Shown one piece after another: positions 9,939 through 21,095 of a stretch of 64,000 nucleotides of DNA. The first letter of the stretch is position 1; each line of letters starts with the position of its first letter. A program made the position numbers and the translations under genes. The notes beneath the pieces are model-generated. The model was not told where the DNA came from and did not search any database. It saw only the letters and a list, made by a program, of their open reading frames with translations. Location: NCBI GenBank assembly GCA_963829055.1, contig CAWHHI010000011.1, positions 160,001 through 224,000 of the forward strand. Reading direction: 5' to 3'. The DNA is from an uncultured Gemmatimonadaceae bacterium (GTDB lineage: Bacteria; Gemmatimonadota; Gemmatimonadetes; Gemmatimonadales; Gemmatimonadaceae).

Positions 9939-11555
9939 CTGAACACGCAAGCCACCACCGCGCCACGCGCGATCCTCGTACTCGCCGCCGCTATCGCGCT
10001 TACGCTCCTCGCGCCGCAGCTCGACTTCGTGCCGATATGGGACGGGTGGGCGTACGCCGAGTGTGCGGTCGACGTGGCGACGAATCGATTTGCCCTGTAT
10101 TTCCTCCGCTGCTACGACCATCCCGCGTACGTGTACTCGGGGTTTCTCGGCGCCGCTCAGTTGCTCGACGTTGGCAACCCCGTTCTGCTGTTCGTCGTCA
10201 ACGCCCTGGTTCTCGCCGCGGCAACCGTCGGGTTTCACAGGTTGATGCGTCGGGCATTCCCAGGAGAGGGCCACGAGACCGACATCGCGCTCCTGACCTC
10301 GGCGTTTCTCCTGCAGCCCGCGTTTCTCGCGTCGGTGATCCAACCGGGGCTCGACCTTCCGGTGCTGGCGGGCACGGTCTGGTGCACGGTGCTGATCCTC
10401 GAGCGTCGCTGGTTCTGGTGCGCCGCCGTGGGAATGGCCGCGGCCTTCTCGAAGGAGACCGGCCTCCTCGTCTACGGCGTGCTGCTCGGCTGCAGCGTCG
10501 TATGGTTGCTCGCGCGTACGCCAGGACCGCTCTCGACCAGGCTCCGGGCCCTGATCCCGCTCGCGCCGACTATCGTGCCGATCGTTGCCTATGCCGGCTA
10601 CGTGCTCGTGTTCAGTATCTTCCGCGCCGGACAATCGCCGGTGTGGAACACCGGTGGTAAGCTGCCGTTCGTCGTGAAGCTGATCACGACCCGGATGGAT
10701 CCCGCCACCGCGAGCTATCTTGCGATGCTGTTCGTGCTCAACTTCGCCTGGGTTCCGTCTGCCTGGGTTGCGGCGGACGCCGCGGTCGGCCTGCTTGGCC
10801 TCGCGCGACGTCGATCGGCCCGAGGCCTGCCGGGCGCGGATCGGGCAGTGATCGGATTCCTCACGCTGGCGGCAGTCGCCACGCTCATCACGCTCACGCG
10901 GTTCGTCACGTACAGCAACGTCAGGTATCTGATGGCGGGAACCGCGCTGCTGCTCGGCGTCGGATACGTCGCGCTCGTCCGGCTACACCTGCGATCCGAC
11001 GTTAGGCGCGTGGTGTTGGGAATGTATGCCGCACTGCTCGCCGTGTCGGCGATACGAACCGTGGACCCGGTGTCGCGATGGCTCTGGGGAACGTTCCCGT
11101 TCGGCTCCCACCAGATGCTGGATATGACGAGCATCACGGGAGAATGCTGTGGCGCGGGCCGGGATCAGTTGGTGTACTCGCTCGAGTTCACGCGACTTCA
11201 CGACCTCACCGACAGTGTCGTGACGACGCTCCTTCGCGATACGGCGACGGTCATCGGCGTCCCGTCGGGCATGCGGTATCTCACCGTCGGTCGGATCGAC
11301 CGTACGGCGTGGAAGAGAACACTCCGGCGTGAGGGAGCGTTCGAACCGAAGGTCATGACCGGGCCGGCGGTCGGCATTGGGGAACCGCCGCGGTCCTTGC
11401 TCTACATTGCCATGCCTAACGCCAAGGACTCTACCTCGCTCGCGGACCTTTCCAGTCTCTACGACGTCGCACCCGAGCGCCGGTTCGAGGCCAGCGGCTA
11501 TTCTGTCTCCGCGTACCAGATGACGCTGAAGAGCGGCGTCCGGGGGGCGCCCTGA
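9939..11555 (+). CDS. polytopic membrane protein, GT-C (ArnT/PMT-like)
   Basis: Frame open from CTG 9939 (start uncertain); WD..DHP loop, FSKETG, NVRYL motifs, many TM segments. Confidence 0.65.
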   Translation: MNTQATTAPRAILVLAAAIALTLLAPQLDFVPIWDGWAYAECAVDVATNRFALYFLRCYDHPAYVYSGFLGAAQLLDVGNPVLLFVVNALVLAAATVGFHRLMRRAFPGEGHETDIALLTSAFLLQPAFLASVIQPGLDLPVLAGTVWCTVLILERRWFWCAAVGMAAAFSKETGLLVYGVLLGCSVVWLLARTPGPLSTRLRALIPLAPTIVPIVAYAGYVLVFSIFRAGQSPVWNTGGKLPFVVKLITTRMDPATASYLAMLFVLNFAWVPSAWVAADAAVGLLGLARRRSARGLPGADRAVIGFLTLAAVATLITLTRFVTYSNVRYLMAGTALLLGVGYVALVRLHLRSDVRRVVLGMYAALLAVSAIRTVDPVSRWLWGTFPFGSHQMLDMTSITGECCGAGRDQLVYSLEFTRLHDLTDSVVTTLLRDTATVIGVPSGMRYLTVGRIDRTAWKRTLRREGAFEPKVMTGPAVGIGEPPRSLLYIAMPNAKDSTSLADLSSLYDVAPERRFEASGYSVSAYQMTLKSGVRGAP

Positions 11556-11572
11556 GTGAACCAGCGGTGTTC

Positions 11573-11744
11573 GTCATTCCGAGCGGAGCCTTGTCATTCC
11601 GAGCGAGCGACAGCGAGTCGAGGAATCGATTGTCATTCCGAGCGAAGTCGAGGAATCGCGCTCGTCCCGATAGAGGGACTCCTCTGCCCGTATGATCGCG
11701 ATTCCTCGACTGCGGCCTGACGGCCTCCGCTCGGAATGACAATC
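11573..11744. repeat. REP/REPIN-like palindromic element
   Basis: Three direct GTCATTCCGAGCG copies (11573, 11593, 11632); 17-bp IR 11628-11644/11728-11744; inner 15-bp IR 11646-11660/11697-11711. Confidence 0.85.
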
Positions 11745-11761
11745 AGCGAATCGCTCGTCGC

Positions 11762-12546
11762 CTAACGCGATGACGGTACGCGCTCTCTCAGCAAGCGGGC
11801 GATCTCCCGGAAATACCGAAAGGACAACCCCGCCTGGCCGAGGTGGAAGGTGAGCGGGCGCCGCAATACCGAGGTGAAGCTCGTGGCCAGAAGCCGGGTT
11901 ACTCCTTCGTCCGCGTAGACATCCAGGATGAGCCGGAGGGTCTCGGCGAGCTTCTCGGGGGCGGTTCGGAGCAGGCAGGTGGCGAGCAGCGCTCGCACGT
12001 CGTCGGCACGTCGCCAGACCATCGGGCGACTCGAATCATGAATGGTCTCGAAGTCGAACCAGTGGGCGACTCCGCGCCTCGAGGTCGACCATCACGTTCT
12101 CGGCCATGGCGTCGCCGTGGGTAAATCCCCGGGCGATGGAACTCGGCGAGGGCGACGACCGCCAGTTCGATGGCCCTCTTCCGGACCGACTCCTCGAGCT
12201 CCGGATCCTCCAGCAGCGTCGCCAGCGTCTTTCCCGCGAGGCGAGGCAGGACGAGCGTCCCGTCGGCGTCGATCCGAATCGACAGTCCCGTGGAGGCTCC
12301 GGTAGAGCTGGCGCTCGCGCTCCTCCCACTCCCGCTGCGGGAGGACTCGCACGCCGGTATCCAGGAGCCTGACGAGCGGACCACCCAACCAGACCAGGAG
12401 AGGCGCGTAGAACAGGCGGTGACTTTCGCACCTGAAGCTCGCCGTCCTGGTAGACGATCCGAGCCTTCGAGTACCTCCCGGACCGGAGCAGCCGCCCCAG
12501 AGCCAGGCACAGGAGCGAAGTAGGCACGCTCCGCCAGCTCCCGCAC
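11762..12546 (-). CDS. kinase-like protein (Kdo/WaaP/APH-type fold), frameshifted
   Basis: Stitched LVLPRLAGKTL..LAEFH..GFTHGDAMAENVMVD..WFDFE; last gene of operon. Confidence 0.6.
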
Positions 12547-12552
12547 GGCCGC

Positions 12553-12916
12553 TCAGTCCCCGGAGAGCAAGCAGGCGACACCGATGATGATCAGAACCAT
12601 GCCCACGACGTGCAGGCGACGAAGCTGTTCGCCGAAGACGTAGACGCTCGCCAGCGGGACGAGCACGTAGGTGAGGCTGGACAGCAGGTAGGCCCTCGAC
12701 AACGGGGCGACGCGGAGAACGTAGAGCCAGCACACCGTCGACGCGGCCCAGGCGACGATCCCCGACGAGGACACGCACGTCTCGGGCGGCGGCAAGCAGG
12801 AACTCGAGGCGGCCGAGCCCGGCGAGGTGCTGGGCGCCGGACTTCAGAAAGAGCTGTCCCGTCGCCGAGAACGCCACCGCACCCAGGATCAGGACCATCG
12901 TCTTTCCTTGCATCAT
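12553..12916 (-). CDS. small EamA/SMR transporter (ArnE/ArnF-like flippase), frameshifted
   Basis: ATGQLFLKSGA..WLYVLRVAPLSRAY..VFGEQL..GMVLIIIGV; 4 TM, ~120 aa. Confidence 0.85.
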
Positions 12917-13687
12917 CGATTGCCTGCCTCGTGTCGAATCCGATCGGTGAGCGAGGTGCGCGCCCAGGGGAAGAGGACCACCGAGACCCACTTCAGGAAT
13001 GTTCGAACGTATCCGAACGGCTGGAGCTCCATTCGCCGGCTGGACGTGCGCGCGGTGAGGCTTCGATCGTAGAGGAAGCGCTCACGGTGGTACCGATAGG
13101 CCGCCCCGGTCAGCGGCCACTCTTCGGCGATCGCCAGGACTCGTTGAAGGGGCCGTAGCTCTCGAAGTGCGCCCGGTCGCAGCTCATGAACGCCGGCATC
13201 GACTTGGCCCTCGCCAGGGGGAGGCGTCGCGCCAGCCCCCAGAAGGTCCACCAGAGCCCACGCTCGGATCCCGGGCTCCCGGGAGGCGAGCCGATAGAGC
13301 ACCAGGCACCTGCCCTCGTCCTCGTGGAGCTCCAGGATGCGGTCGACGGCGTTCTCCGGAACGATGGTGTCCGCGTCGACGAAGCAGAGCACCCGCCCGG
13401 AGCTGGCCGCGGCCCCGACGTTGCGCGCCGCGGCGCAGGTCCGGCCGACGCAAGGGACCAGTCGCACGCCGACGTCATCGAGCGAAGGTGCCCACGATGG
13501 CCGCAGTGGCGTCCTCGCTCCCGTCGTCTGCCACGATGACCTCGAAGGAGGTATCCGGGAGCCAGAGATCGTTCCGCGAGACGCCCGAAGCCCGAGCCAC
13601 ACTCGCGAGAATGGCCTCCAGGACCTCGCCGATCAGCGCCTCCTCGTTTCGCGCCGGGATCACGAAGGAGAGACGACGCTCAGTCAT
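12913..13687 (-). CDS. family 2 glycosyltransferase, frameshifted
   Basis: SFVIPARNEE, VADDGSED, AARNVG, FVDAD motifs. Confidence 0.9.
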
Positions 13688-14300
13688 CGCGCTCCAGGCA
13701 TCCACCCGGCGACGACGAGCGAGCGGCCGGGCAGCACCGGCCGCTCGCGCCGCGACCGGATCCGCAGCCCGGCCGCCACCACGTCCCGCTCGAAGCTCCT
13801 GGGCGGTATAGAAGCGCCGCGTATGCATGGTGAACTTCGCGTTCGGCGGGACGTAGCCGAGGAGCTTCGAAACGTGGAATGCCACGATCGTCCAGAGGAA
13901 CTCGCGGACGCGAAGCCACGCGTAACCGAGGCGACTCGAATGAAGGGACTGCACCAGGATGATGGGTCCCCGGGTGACGCGAGCCGCTTCGGCCAGCACA
14001 GCCGGCCGGGTCGTTCGGGTAGGCGAGCATGAAGAAGAGAAGCGCGGCCGAGAACGTTCCCTCCTCGAACGGAAGGACCCCGTCGGCGATCAGGACCGGT
14101 GGCGGTCCCACGACATGCATGTCGCTCACGTCGGCGGTGACCACCTCGAGTCCCAGCTCCCGCTCCAACCGGGCCGAGAGGTGTCCGGTCCCCGAGCCGA
14201 GGTCCAGCACGGGCCCTTCGGTCGGCAGCCAGGCACCCACCTGCTCCATCAGCTGGCGGGCTCGCCGTTCCATGACGGCGTCAAACATCGACTTCAACAT
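13680..14300 (-). CDS. class I SAM-dependent methyltransferase, frameshifted
   Basis: VLDLGSGTG, LPFEEGTF, LAEAARV. Confidence 0.88.
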   Translation of the reverse strand: MLKSMFDAVMERRARQLMEQVGAWLPTEGPVLDLGSGTGHLSARLERELGLEVVTADVSDMHVVGPPPVLIADGVLPFEEGTFSAALLFFMLAYPNDPAGCAGRSGSRHPGTHHPGAVPSFESPRLRVASRPRVPLDDRGIPRFEAPRLRPAEREVHHAYAALLYRPGASSGTWWRPGCGSGRGASGRCCPAARSSSPGGCLERDD

Positions 14301-15004
14301 CACTCGCCTCGAGCAACCCCGCCAGTGTGCTCGGTTCGTATCCGGTCTCGAGGAGCTCGCGCGGTGAGCCGAAGGATCTTCGGCCAGAAGCCCCGCTCCA
14401 GATCTCTGGGGTGAATCGCCAGCGTCGGGACTCCACGATCCAGGGACTGAGACAGCCACCCGATCCCGTGGCCGAGGTGCCCGAGCCAGCCCCAGCGACC
14501 ACAGTCCCAGGTCCAGGTCGCCAGGGGAATCTTTCGCCCGGCTCGTCGACTCGAGGGAGAAAAAGCCCAGGACGTATTCCAGTCCCAGGGTGTTGCCGCC
14601 TAACGCGCGCACGTGTCCCGCCTGCCAGGCCGGTGCGAGGAACCCCCGCGCTGGCTCGCCGAAGACCTCGGTGAAGACACGCTGTCCGCGCTCGACGAGT
14701 GCGTCGGGTTTCTTCCGCGTCCAGGCCGTTCATCTCGTCGCTGCCCTCGGTGAGCAACGTGGTCGGCCCCCAGCCTCGCCGACGTCGATGGAAGTAGCCG
14801 TGCAGGAGCAGCTCGTCGGAGGCCTCCTGGACGAGCTGGCAGTAGTCGGGATGCGCCGCCAGTGGCCACTCGCCGTGCCAGTTGGGGACCACACCGAAGC
14901 GAGAGACGACGCCCGACCAGCGGCGCGAGGTCCCGGATCATCACCCGGGTCTCCCGGGCGTAGGCCGGAGTGGCGTCGTGGATACAGACGAGGAAGGGCC
15001 GCAT
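14281..15004 (-). CDS. DUF2334/polysaccharide deacetylase family protein, frameshifted
   Basis: LVCIHDATP, LLLHGYFH, GFLAPAW, LAIHPRD NodB-like motifs across frames. Confidence 0.82.
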
Positions 15005-15059
15005 TCGCTGGCACGCGCGACGACGCACGCATGAACGTGCGTTGTCGCATCAGCCTTCC

Positions 15060-15273
15060 GCCTCAACGCCTCCGTCGGGTGCTGCCACTTGTTGACCGCT
15101 TCGAAGTAGAGCGTGCCTAACGTGATCGCCACCGCGATCGCCACCGTACCGACCAGGGTGAGCCCCGGATACCGCGCCAGAATGCGGACCCCGACCTTGA
15201 AGTCCAGCCAGGAGAATCGGGTCTGCGCCAGTGAGGCGGTGGAGGCGCGGCTACGAACGGAGAGCTTCGGCAT
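15060..15273 (-). pseudogene. N-terminal shard of ADOP/MacB-type ABC permease
   Basis: SWLDFKVGVRILARYPGLTLVGTVAIAVAITLG then homology ends. Confidence 0.75.
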
Positions 15274-15291
15274 GAGTCAGGCGGTGTAGGA

Positions 15292-15470
15292 CAAGTACTT
15301 TGCAAAACAGAGTAACTGTCGCGTTAGGACGGGTCAAGCCCGATCGAAGTCACAACGCGCCTGCCTCCTCGCGGTTTCGTTTGCCTCGTTGCGCCCGAGC
15401 AGAGCTCCGCATCGGTGCGCTCAACTTGGCACTGCAAAGTACTTGACATTCAAGAGGTGACCGCCTAAAT
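15292..15470. promoter_or_regulatory. paired operator-like sites and candidate sigma70 promoter
   Basis: CAAGTACTTTGCA 15292-15304 and exact reverse complement 15433-15445, the latter overlapping TTGACA 15443-15448; -10 box weak. Confidence 0.55.
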
Positions 15471-15602
15471 CGCGCATCATCACACGCCCAGCGGCCTCGG
15501 GATGCGACCCGATCCGTAGGCCCGCGGCCTAACGACCGCACCGCAGCGGGCAGTATCACTGCGCCCACACGCCGGACCCGTCCATTCCCAACCTCGTGGA
15601 TC

Positions 15603-16515
15603 GTGCAACTCGTCATTCGCGACCTATCGAAGACCTATGCCAATGGCACTCGAGCGTTGAACCACGTCTCGCTCGACGTCCCACCCGGGATGTTCGGCCT
15701 CCTCGGCCGGAATGGCGCCGGCAAGTCCACGCTCATGCGGATCATCGCCACGCTGCAGGAGCCGGACGAAGGGTCGGTCCGGCTCGGCGACATTGATGTC
15801 ATTCGTCAGCGGGAGCGCGTACGCGAGACGCTCGGCTACCTGCCGCAGTCGTTCGGGTTCCACCCGAAGGTCAGCGCAGAGCGGCTGCTCGATCATTTCG
15901 CGGTGCTGAAAGGCCTCATCGAGCACGGGCGTTAGGCGCGACGTCGTCGATTCCCTGCTCCGCCGGACCAACCTGTGGGATGTGCGGACGCAGAGGCTCG
16001 GCACCTTCTCCGGCGGCATGCGGCAGCGCTTCGGCGTCGCCGTCGCCTTGCTAGGCAGCCCGAAGCTGATCATCGTCGACGAGCCGACGGCGGGGCTGGA
16101 TCCGGAAGAGCGCGTCCGCTTCCTGAATCTGCTGAGCGAGATCGGCGAGGACAGCGCGGTCATCCTGTCGACGCACATCGTCGAGGACGTCGAGGAGCTG
16201 TGCACCCGCCTCGCGATCATCGATCGCGGCGAAATCCTGCTGGAGTCGGAACCGATGCGCGCGATCGCGGAATTGCGGGGCCGCATCTGGCGCCGGAGTG
16301 TGAGCCGGGACGAGCTGGCCGCGCTCGAGCAGGAGCTCCCGGTGATCTCCACCAAGCTGTTCGCGGGGCGGACGGTCGCGCACGTCTACGCCGACACCTC
16401 GCCGGGAGCGGCGTTCGAGGCCGTCGAGCCGGACATGAAGGACGTCTACTTCAGCGTCATGGCCGGGCACCATGGACGTCGGGCGCCAGCATCGCAGACA
16501 CGGGTGGCGTCGTGA
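15603..16515 (+). CDS. ABC transporter ATP-binding protein (frameshift ~15930)
   Basis: GRNGAGKS Walker A, FSGGMRQR, IIVDEP. Confidence 0.95.
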
Positions 16516-19500
16516 GATTTGGGGAAGTCTTCCGATACGAATTCGGGTACCGCATGCGAAGCGCCTCGACGTGGGGCTATGCGGTGTTCCTGTTCCTCAT
16601 CATCGTCTGGGGCACCCTTGCCACCGCCGACGGCGGCGCGGTCAATGCCAACGCGCCGATACAAGTCGCCCAGGCCACGGTGCTGTTCGGCGGGTTATTC
16701 GGTCTGGCGGTCTCCGCGGCGCTCTTCGGTGATGCCGCAATCCGCGACGTCGCGGTCGGCATGGATCAGCTCCTCTTCACCACACGACTCCGCAAAGCCG
16801 AGTTCCTCGGCGGCCGTTTCCTCGCCGCGCTGGCGGTCAACGCCATCGTCGTCCTCGCCCTGCCGCTGGGACACATGGTCGTCGACAGCGACACCGTTGG
16901 TGGGCTCGGAGCCGCTCGGCCCCTTCCGCCTGGCCGCGTATGTCCAACCGTTGCTGCTGTTCTCGTGGCCCAACCTCATCCTGGCAGGCGCGATCCTGTT
17001 CGCCATCGGGGCGCTGGCCCGGCACGTGGTTCCGGTGTACCTCGCGGCGATCGGCATCCTCATCGGGTACGTGACGGCCGCCAATTACTGGACTGGTGTC
17101 GACAACCCGCTACTGTCCGCGTTAGGCGACCCACTCGGCATCAATGCGCTGTTGGCGATGAATCAATACTGGACACCGGCCAACAAGAACGCCCAGCTCA
17201 TCGGCTTCCCGACATTGATGTTGCTGAACCGCGTTCTCTGGGTGGCGGTCGCGGCGGCCGTGTTCGCTCTGCTCCACCGGACATTCCGGTTCGCACACAC
17301 GAGTGAAGGCGGTCGTCGGCGCAAAGGCGTGGACGCGGTGGCAGCTGCCCCGTCGGAGCGGCACTCGCTGGTGGCGATTCCAAGAGCTGTCGGAACCTTC
17401 GGACTCCGCACCCGGCTGTGGCAGACGTTCGCGATCGCGCGTCGCACGTTAGGCGACGTCGTCGCCGGCCGCGCATCGCGAGTGATGCTGCTTGGCGCAG
17501 CCGGGTGCGTCGTGCTCATGGGCTGGAACGTGACCGAGACCGTCTTCGAGACCACAACGTGGCCGGTCACGCATCTCGTCGCCGGAAGGGTCATCTCCGA
17601 TCGCGTCGCGATCATCCCCTGGCTGATCATCGTTCTCTTCGCGGGTGAGCTCGTGTGGAAGGAGCGCGAGGTCGGGACGGCCGAAATCGCCGACGCCGTG
17701 CCCGTGCCCGATGGCCTCGTGGTGCTCGGGCGCTTTCTGGCGCTCGTCGCGATAATCGCGGCCGTGCTCGCGTCGCTCATGATCGGCGGCGTCCTCATGC
17801 AGGCGCTGCAGGGCTATTACCACTTCGAGCTCGGCCTCTACGCGCGCATCCTTTTCGGCTTCACGTTCGCCGATTGCGTGCTCCTCGGTGCGCTCGCCAT
17901 GACGGTGCACGTGCTCGTGAACCACAAGTACGTTGGCCACATCGTCGCGCTGTCGGCATGCGTGTTCACGAAGGTCGCGCCGGCCTTTGGTTTCCAGCAC
18001 CACCTGCTGGTCTACAACACCGATCCGCACTGGACGTACTCGGACATGAGCGGCTTCGGTCCGTTCACCGGTCCGTTCGTGTGGTTCAAGCTCTATTGGG
18101 CGGCGTGGGCACTTCTGCTCGGGGTGCTCGCGGTCCTGTTCTGGGTGCGCGGTCGCGAGCCCGGAGTGCGCCGTCGCTTCGCCATGGCGCGTGCGCGGTT
18201 CATCGGGCCCGTCGCGCGAGCGGCCGCGGTGGCGATGGTGCTCATCCTGGGGCTCGGTGGATTCGTTTTCTACAACACGAACATCCTGAACGAGTATCGC
18301 ACGCGGAATGAGACCGGGGCGCCGCAGGCCGAGTACGAGAAGCGCTACGCGCGTTTCGAGAAGACGCCGCAGCCGACGATCACGGACGCGACGCTGCGTG
18401 TGGAGATTTATCCCGATGAACCCGCCGCCGATGTGCGCGGCACTTATGTGCTCACGAACAAGACCATACACGAGATCGATTCGGTACACGTGTTCGCCGA
18501 TCCGAACGTCGAGGCGCGTTCGTTCTCGCTCGACCGCCCGGCCAAGCCTGTGCTCACGGATGCGAAGGCCGGGTATCGGATCTTCGCGCTGGAGCGGGCG
18601 CTCCAGCCGGGCGACTCGCTGCGGCTCACGTTCGATGTGCGCCTCGGTCAGCGCGGCTTTCCGAACGGCGGATCACAGACCGACGTAGTTCGCAACGGCA
18701 CGTACTTCGACCGACGCCGGCTGCCGTTCATCGGGTACCAGCCGATGTTCGAGCTGTCCGGCAACGAGGCACGGAAGCGCTTCGGTCTCGCGCCCCAGCC
18801 GCCACTGCCCGGGCCTAACGACGTCGAGGCCCGACAGTACCGCGGGCAGGTGCGCGGCGAGGATCGCGTCCACGTCGAGGCGACGATCGGCACCGCCATC
18901 GACCAGACGCCGATCACGACGGGCGTGCTGCGCCGAAGCTGGACGGAGAAAGGCAGGCGCTACGTCCAGTACGAAACCGAAGGTCCCGTCTCGTTCGCCG
19001 GCCCGATCTTCTCCGGTCGGTATGCCGTGCTCGAGGACCGGTGGACTCCGTCGACGGGCGCGGGACAGTCTGTCTCACTCGAGATCTTCCATCACCCGTC
19101 CCACGGCAAGGGTGCGGACCCGATGATGCGAGCGATGAAGGCATCGCTCGACTACTACACGAAGAGTTACGGGCCGTACCCCTTCCGCCAGCTACGCATC
19201 GTCGAAATACCGCCGTACTCGACGTTCGGCCACGCGGACCCAGGCACGATCGCGTTCTCCGAGGACGCGTTCTTCGGTCGAATCAAGGAAGGAGAGCTCG
19301 ACCACATTTTCTACGGGGCCTCGCACGAGATCGGGCATCAGTGGCAGGTGAGCGACGCCGTCGTGCGCGGTATCGGATACCTGAGCGAATCGTTCGCGAA
19401 CTACAGCGCAGTGATGGTGACCGAGAAGACCTACGGTCTGGAGGCAGCTCGCCGAGCCTACGGCTTTCACATGGAGCGCTATCTCGTCGGGCGGGCGGAG

Positions 19501-20121
19501 CAGTCGCGCGAGGTCCCGGTGCTCGACGTCGAGCGGCAGACCTACATCATGTACCGCAAGGGCGCGATCGCGCTCCTCACGCTGCGCGACTTCCTCGGCG
19601 AAGACGCAGTGAACACGGCGCTGCGGCGATATCTCGAGAAGTACCGCAATGCCGGGCCGCCGTATCCGACGGCGCTCGATCAGTATGCCGAGCTGCGTGC
19701 CGTCACACCCGACTCGCTTCGGTATCTCCTCACGGATCTCTTCGAGACGGTCACGCTCTGGGACGTGAAGACCGAACGCGCGTCCGTGCAGCCGACGGGC
19801 ACCGGTGCCTATCAGGTCACGCTCGACGTCGTCGCGAAGAAGATGAGGGCCGACAGCGTCGGTACGGAGACCGAGGTGCCGATGAACGACCTCGTCGAGA
19901 TCGGTGTCTTCGCGCCCGGCAAGGACGATGGCCTGGGCGAGCCGCTCTACCTAACGCGGCACCGTATCCGGAGCGGCAAGCAGACGATCGTGGTCACCGT
20001 ACCTCGGCAGCCGTCGCGCGCGGGCATCGATCCCTATCGCAAGCTGATCGACCGTCAGCGGGAGGACAACGTGGCCGATGTCGAACCCGGAGCGACGGCC
20101 GCGCCCCGCACTCGTCCTTGA
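16512..20121 (+). CDS. ABC-2-type permease fused to M1 aminopeptidase-like domain (frameshift ~16880)
   Basis: GTGA overlap with ATPase; ~13 TM then HEIGH..LSESFANY and YRKG. Confidence 0.9.
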
Positions 20122-20155
20122 TCCGTCCCTACCTCCGCCTTTTCGTATGCAGCCG

Positions 20156-21095
20156 ATGGAACTGAACATCGAGTCCGTGTCCAAGACGTATTCCAACGGC
20201 GTGCAGGCGCTGAAGGACGTGACGCTCACCATTCCGGCGGGCATGTACGGCCTGCTCGGGCCTAACGGTGCCGGCAAGTCCACGCTGATGCGCATCCTGG
20301 CCACGCTGCAGGAGGCGGACAGCGGAAGCGTGACGTTAGGTGACCCTTCGCAAGGCTCGGGGCAGCGAATCGACGTGCTGCGCCAGAAGGACGAGGTGCG
20401 GCAGGACACTCGGCTACCTGCCGCAGGAGTTCGGCGTCTATCCGAAGGTGAGCGCCGAGGAGCTGCTCGATCACTTCGCGCTGCTCAAGGGCATCGCCGA
20501 GCGACGCGCGCGCAAGGAGGTCGTCGAGGCGCTGCTCCAGCAGGTGAACCTGTGGGAGGTCCGCAAGCAGAAGCTGGGCGGCTACTCGGGCGGCATGCGG
20601 CAGCGCTTCGGCGTCGCCGTCGCGTTGTTAGGCAACCCGAAGCTCATGATCGTGGACGAGCCCACGGCCGGACTCGATCCCGGCCGAGCGCGTGCGCTTC
20701 CTCAACCTGCTGAGCGAGCTGGGCGAGAACAGCGTCGTCCTCCTCTCCACGCACATTGTCGAGGACGTGAGTGAGCTGTGCACGCGCATGGCCATCATCG
20801 ACCGAGGGCGAGATCCTGCTCGAGGCCGAGCCGCTGCGCGCGGTCGCGGACCTGCGTGGGCGGATCTGGCGCCGCGTGATCTCGAAGGCCGGAGCTGCCG
20901 CAGCTGGAGCGGGAGCACGCGGTGATCTCGACCAAGCTGCTCGCCGGACGCACGGTCGTGCGCGTCTACAGCGACGCGGCGCCCGGCGCCGGCTTCGAGC
21001 CCGCGGAGCCGGACCTCGAGGATGTCTACTTCAGCACGATGGCGGGCCAGCATCGGCCGGCGCCGCGACGGCCGGAGCCGGCGGCGACGCGATGA
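20156..21095 (+). CDS. ABC transporter ATP-binding protein, paralog 2 (several frameshifts)
   Basis: GPNGAGKS, YSGGMRQR, MIVDEP; colinear with 15603 gene. Confidence 0.93.

Noticed and set aside
11573..11744. CRISPR array
   Set aside because: Repeat core only 13 nt, irregular spacing, nested inverted structure, no cas genes
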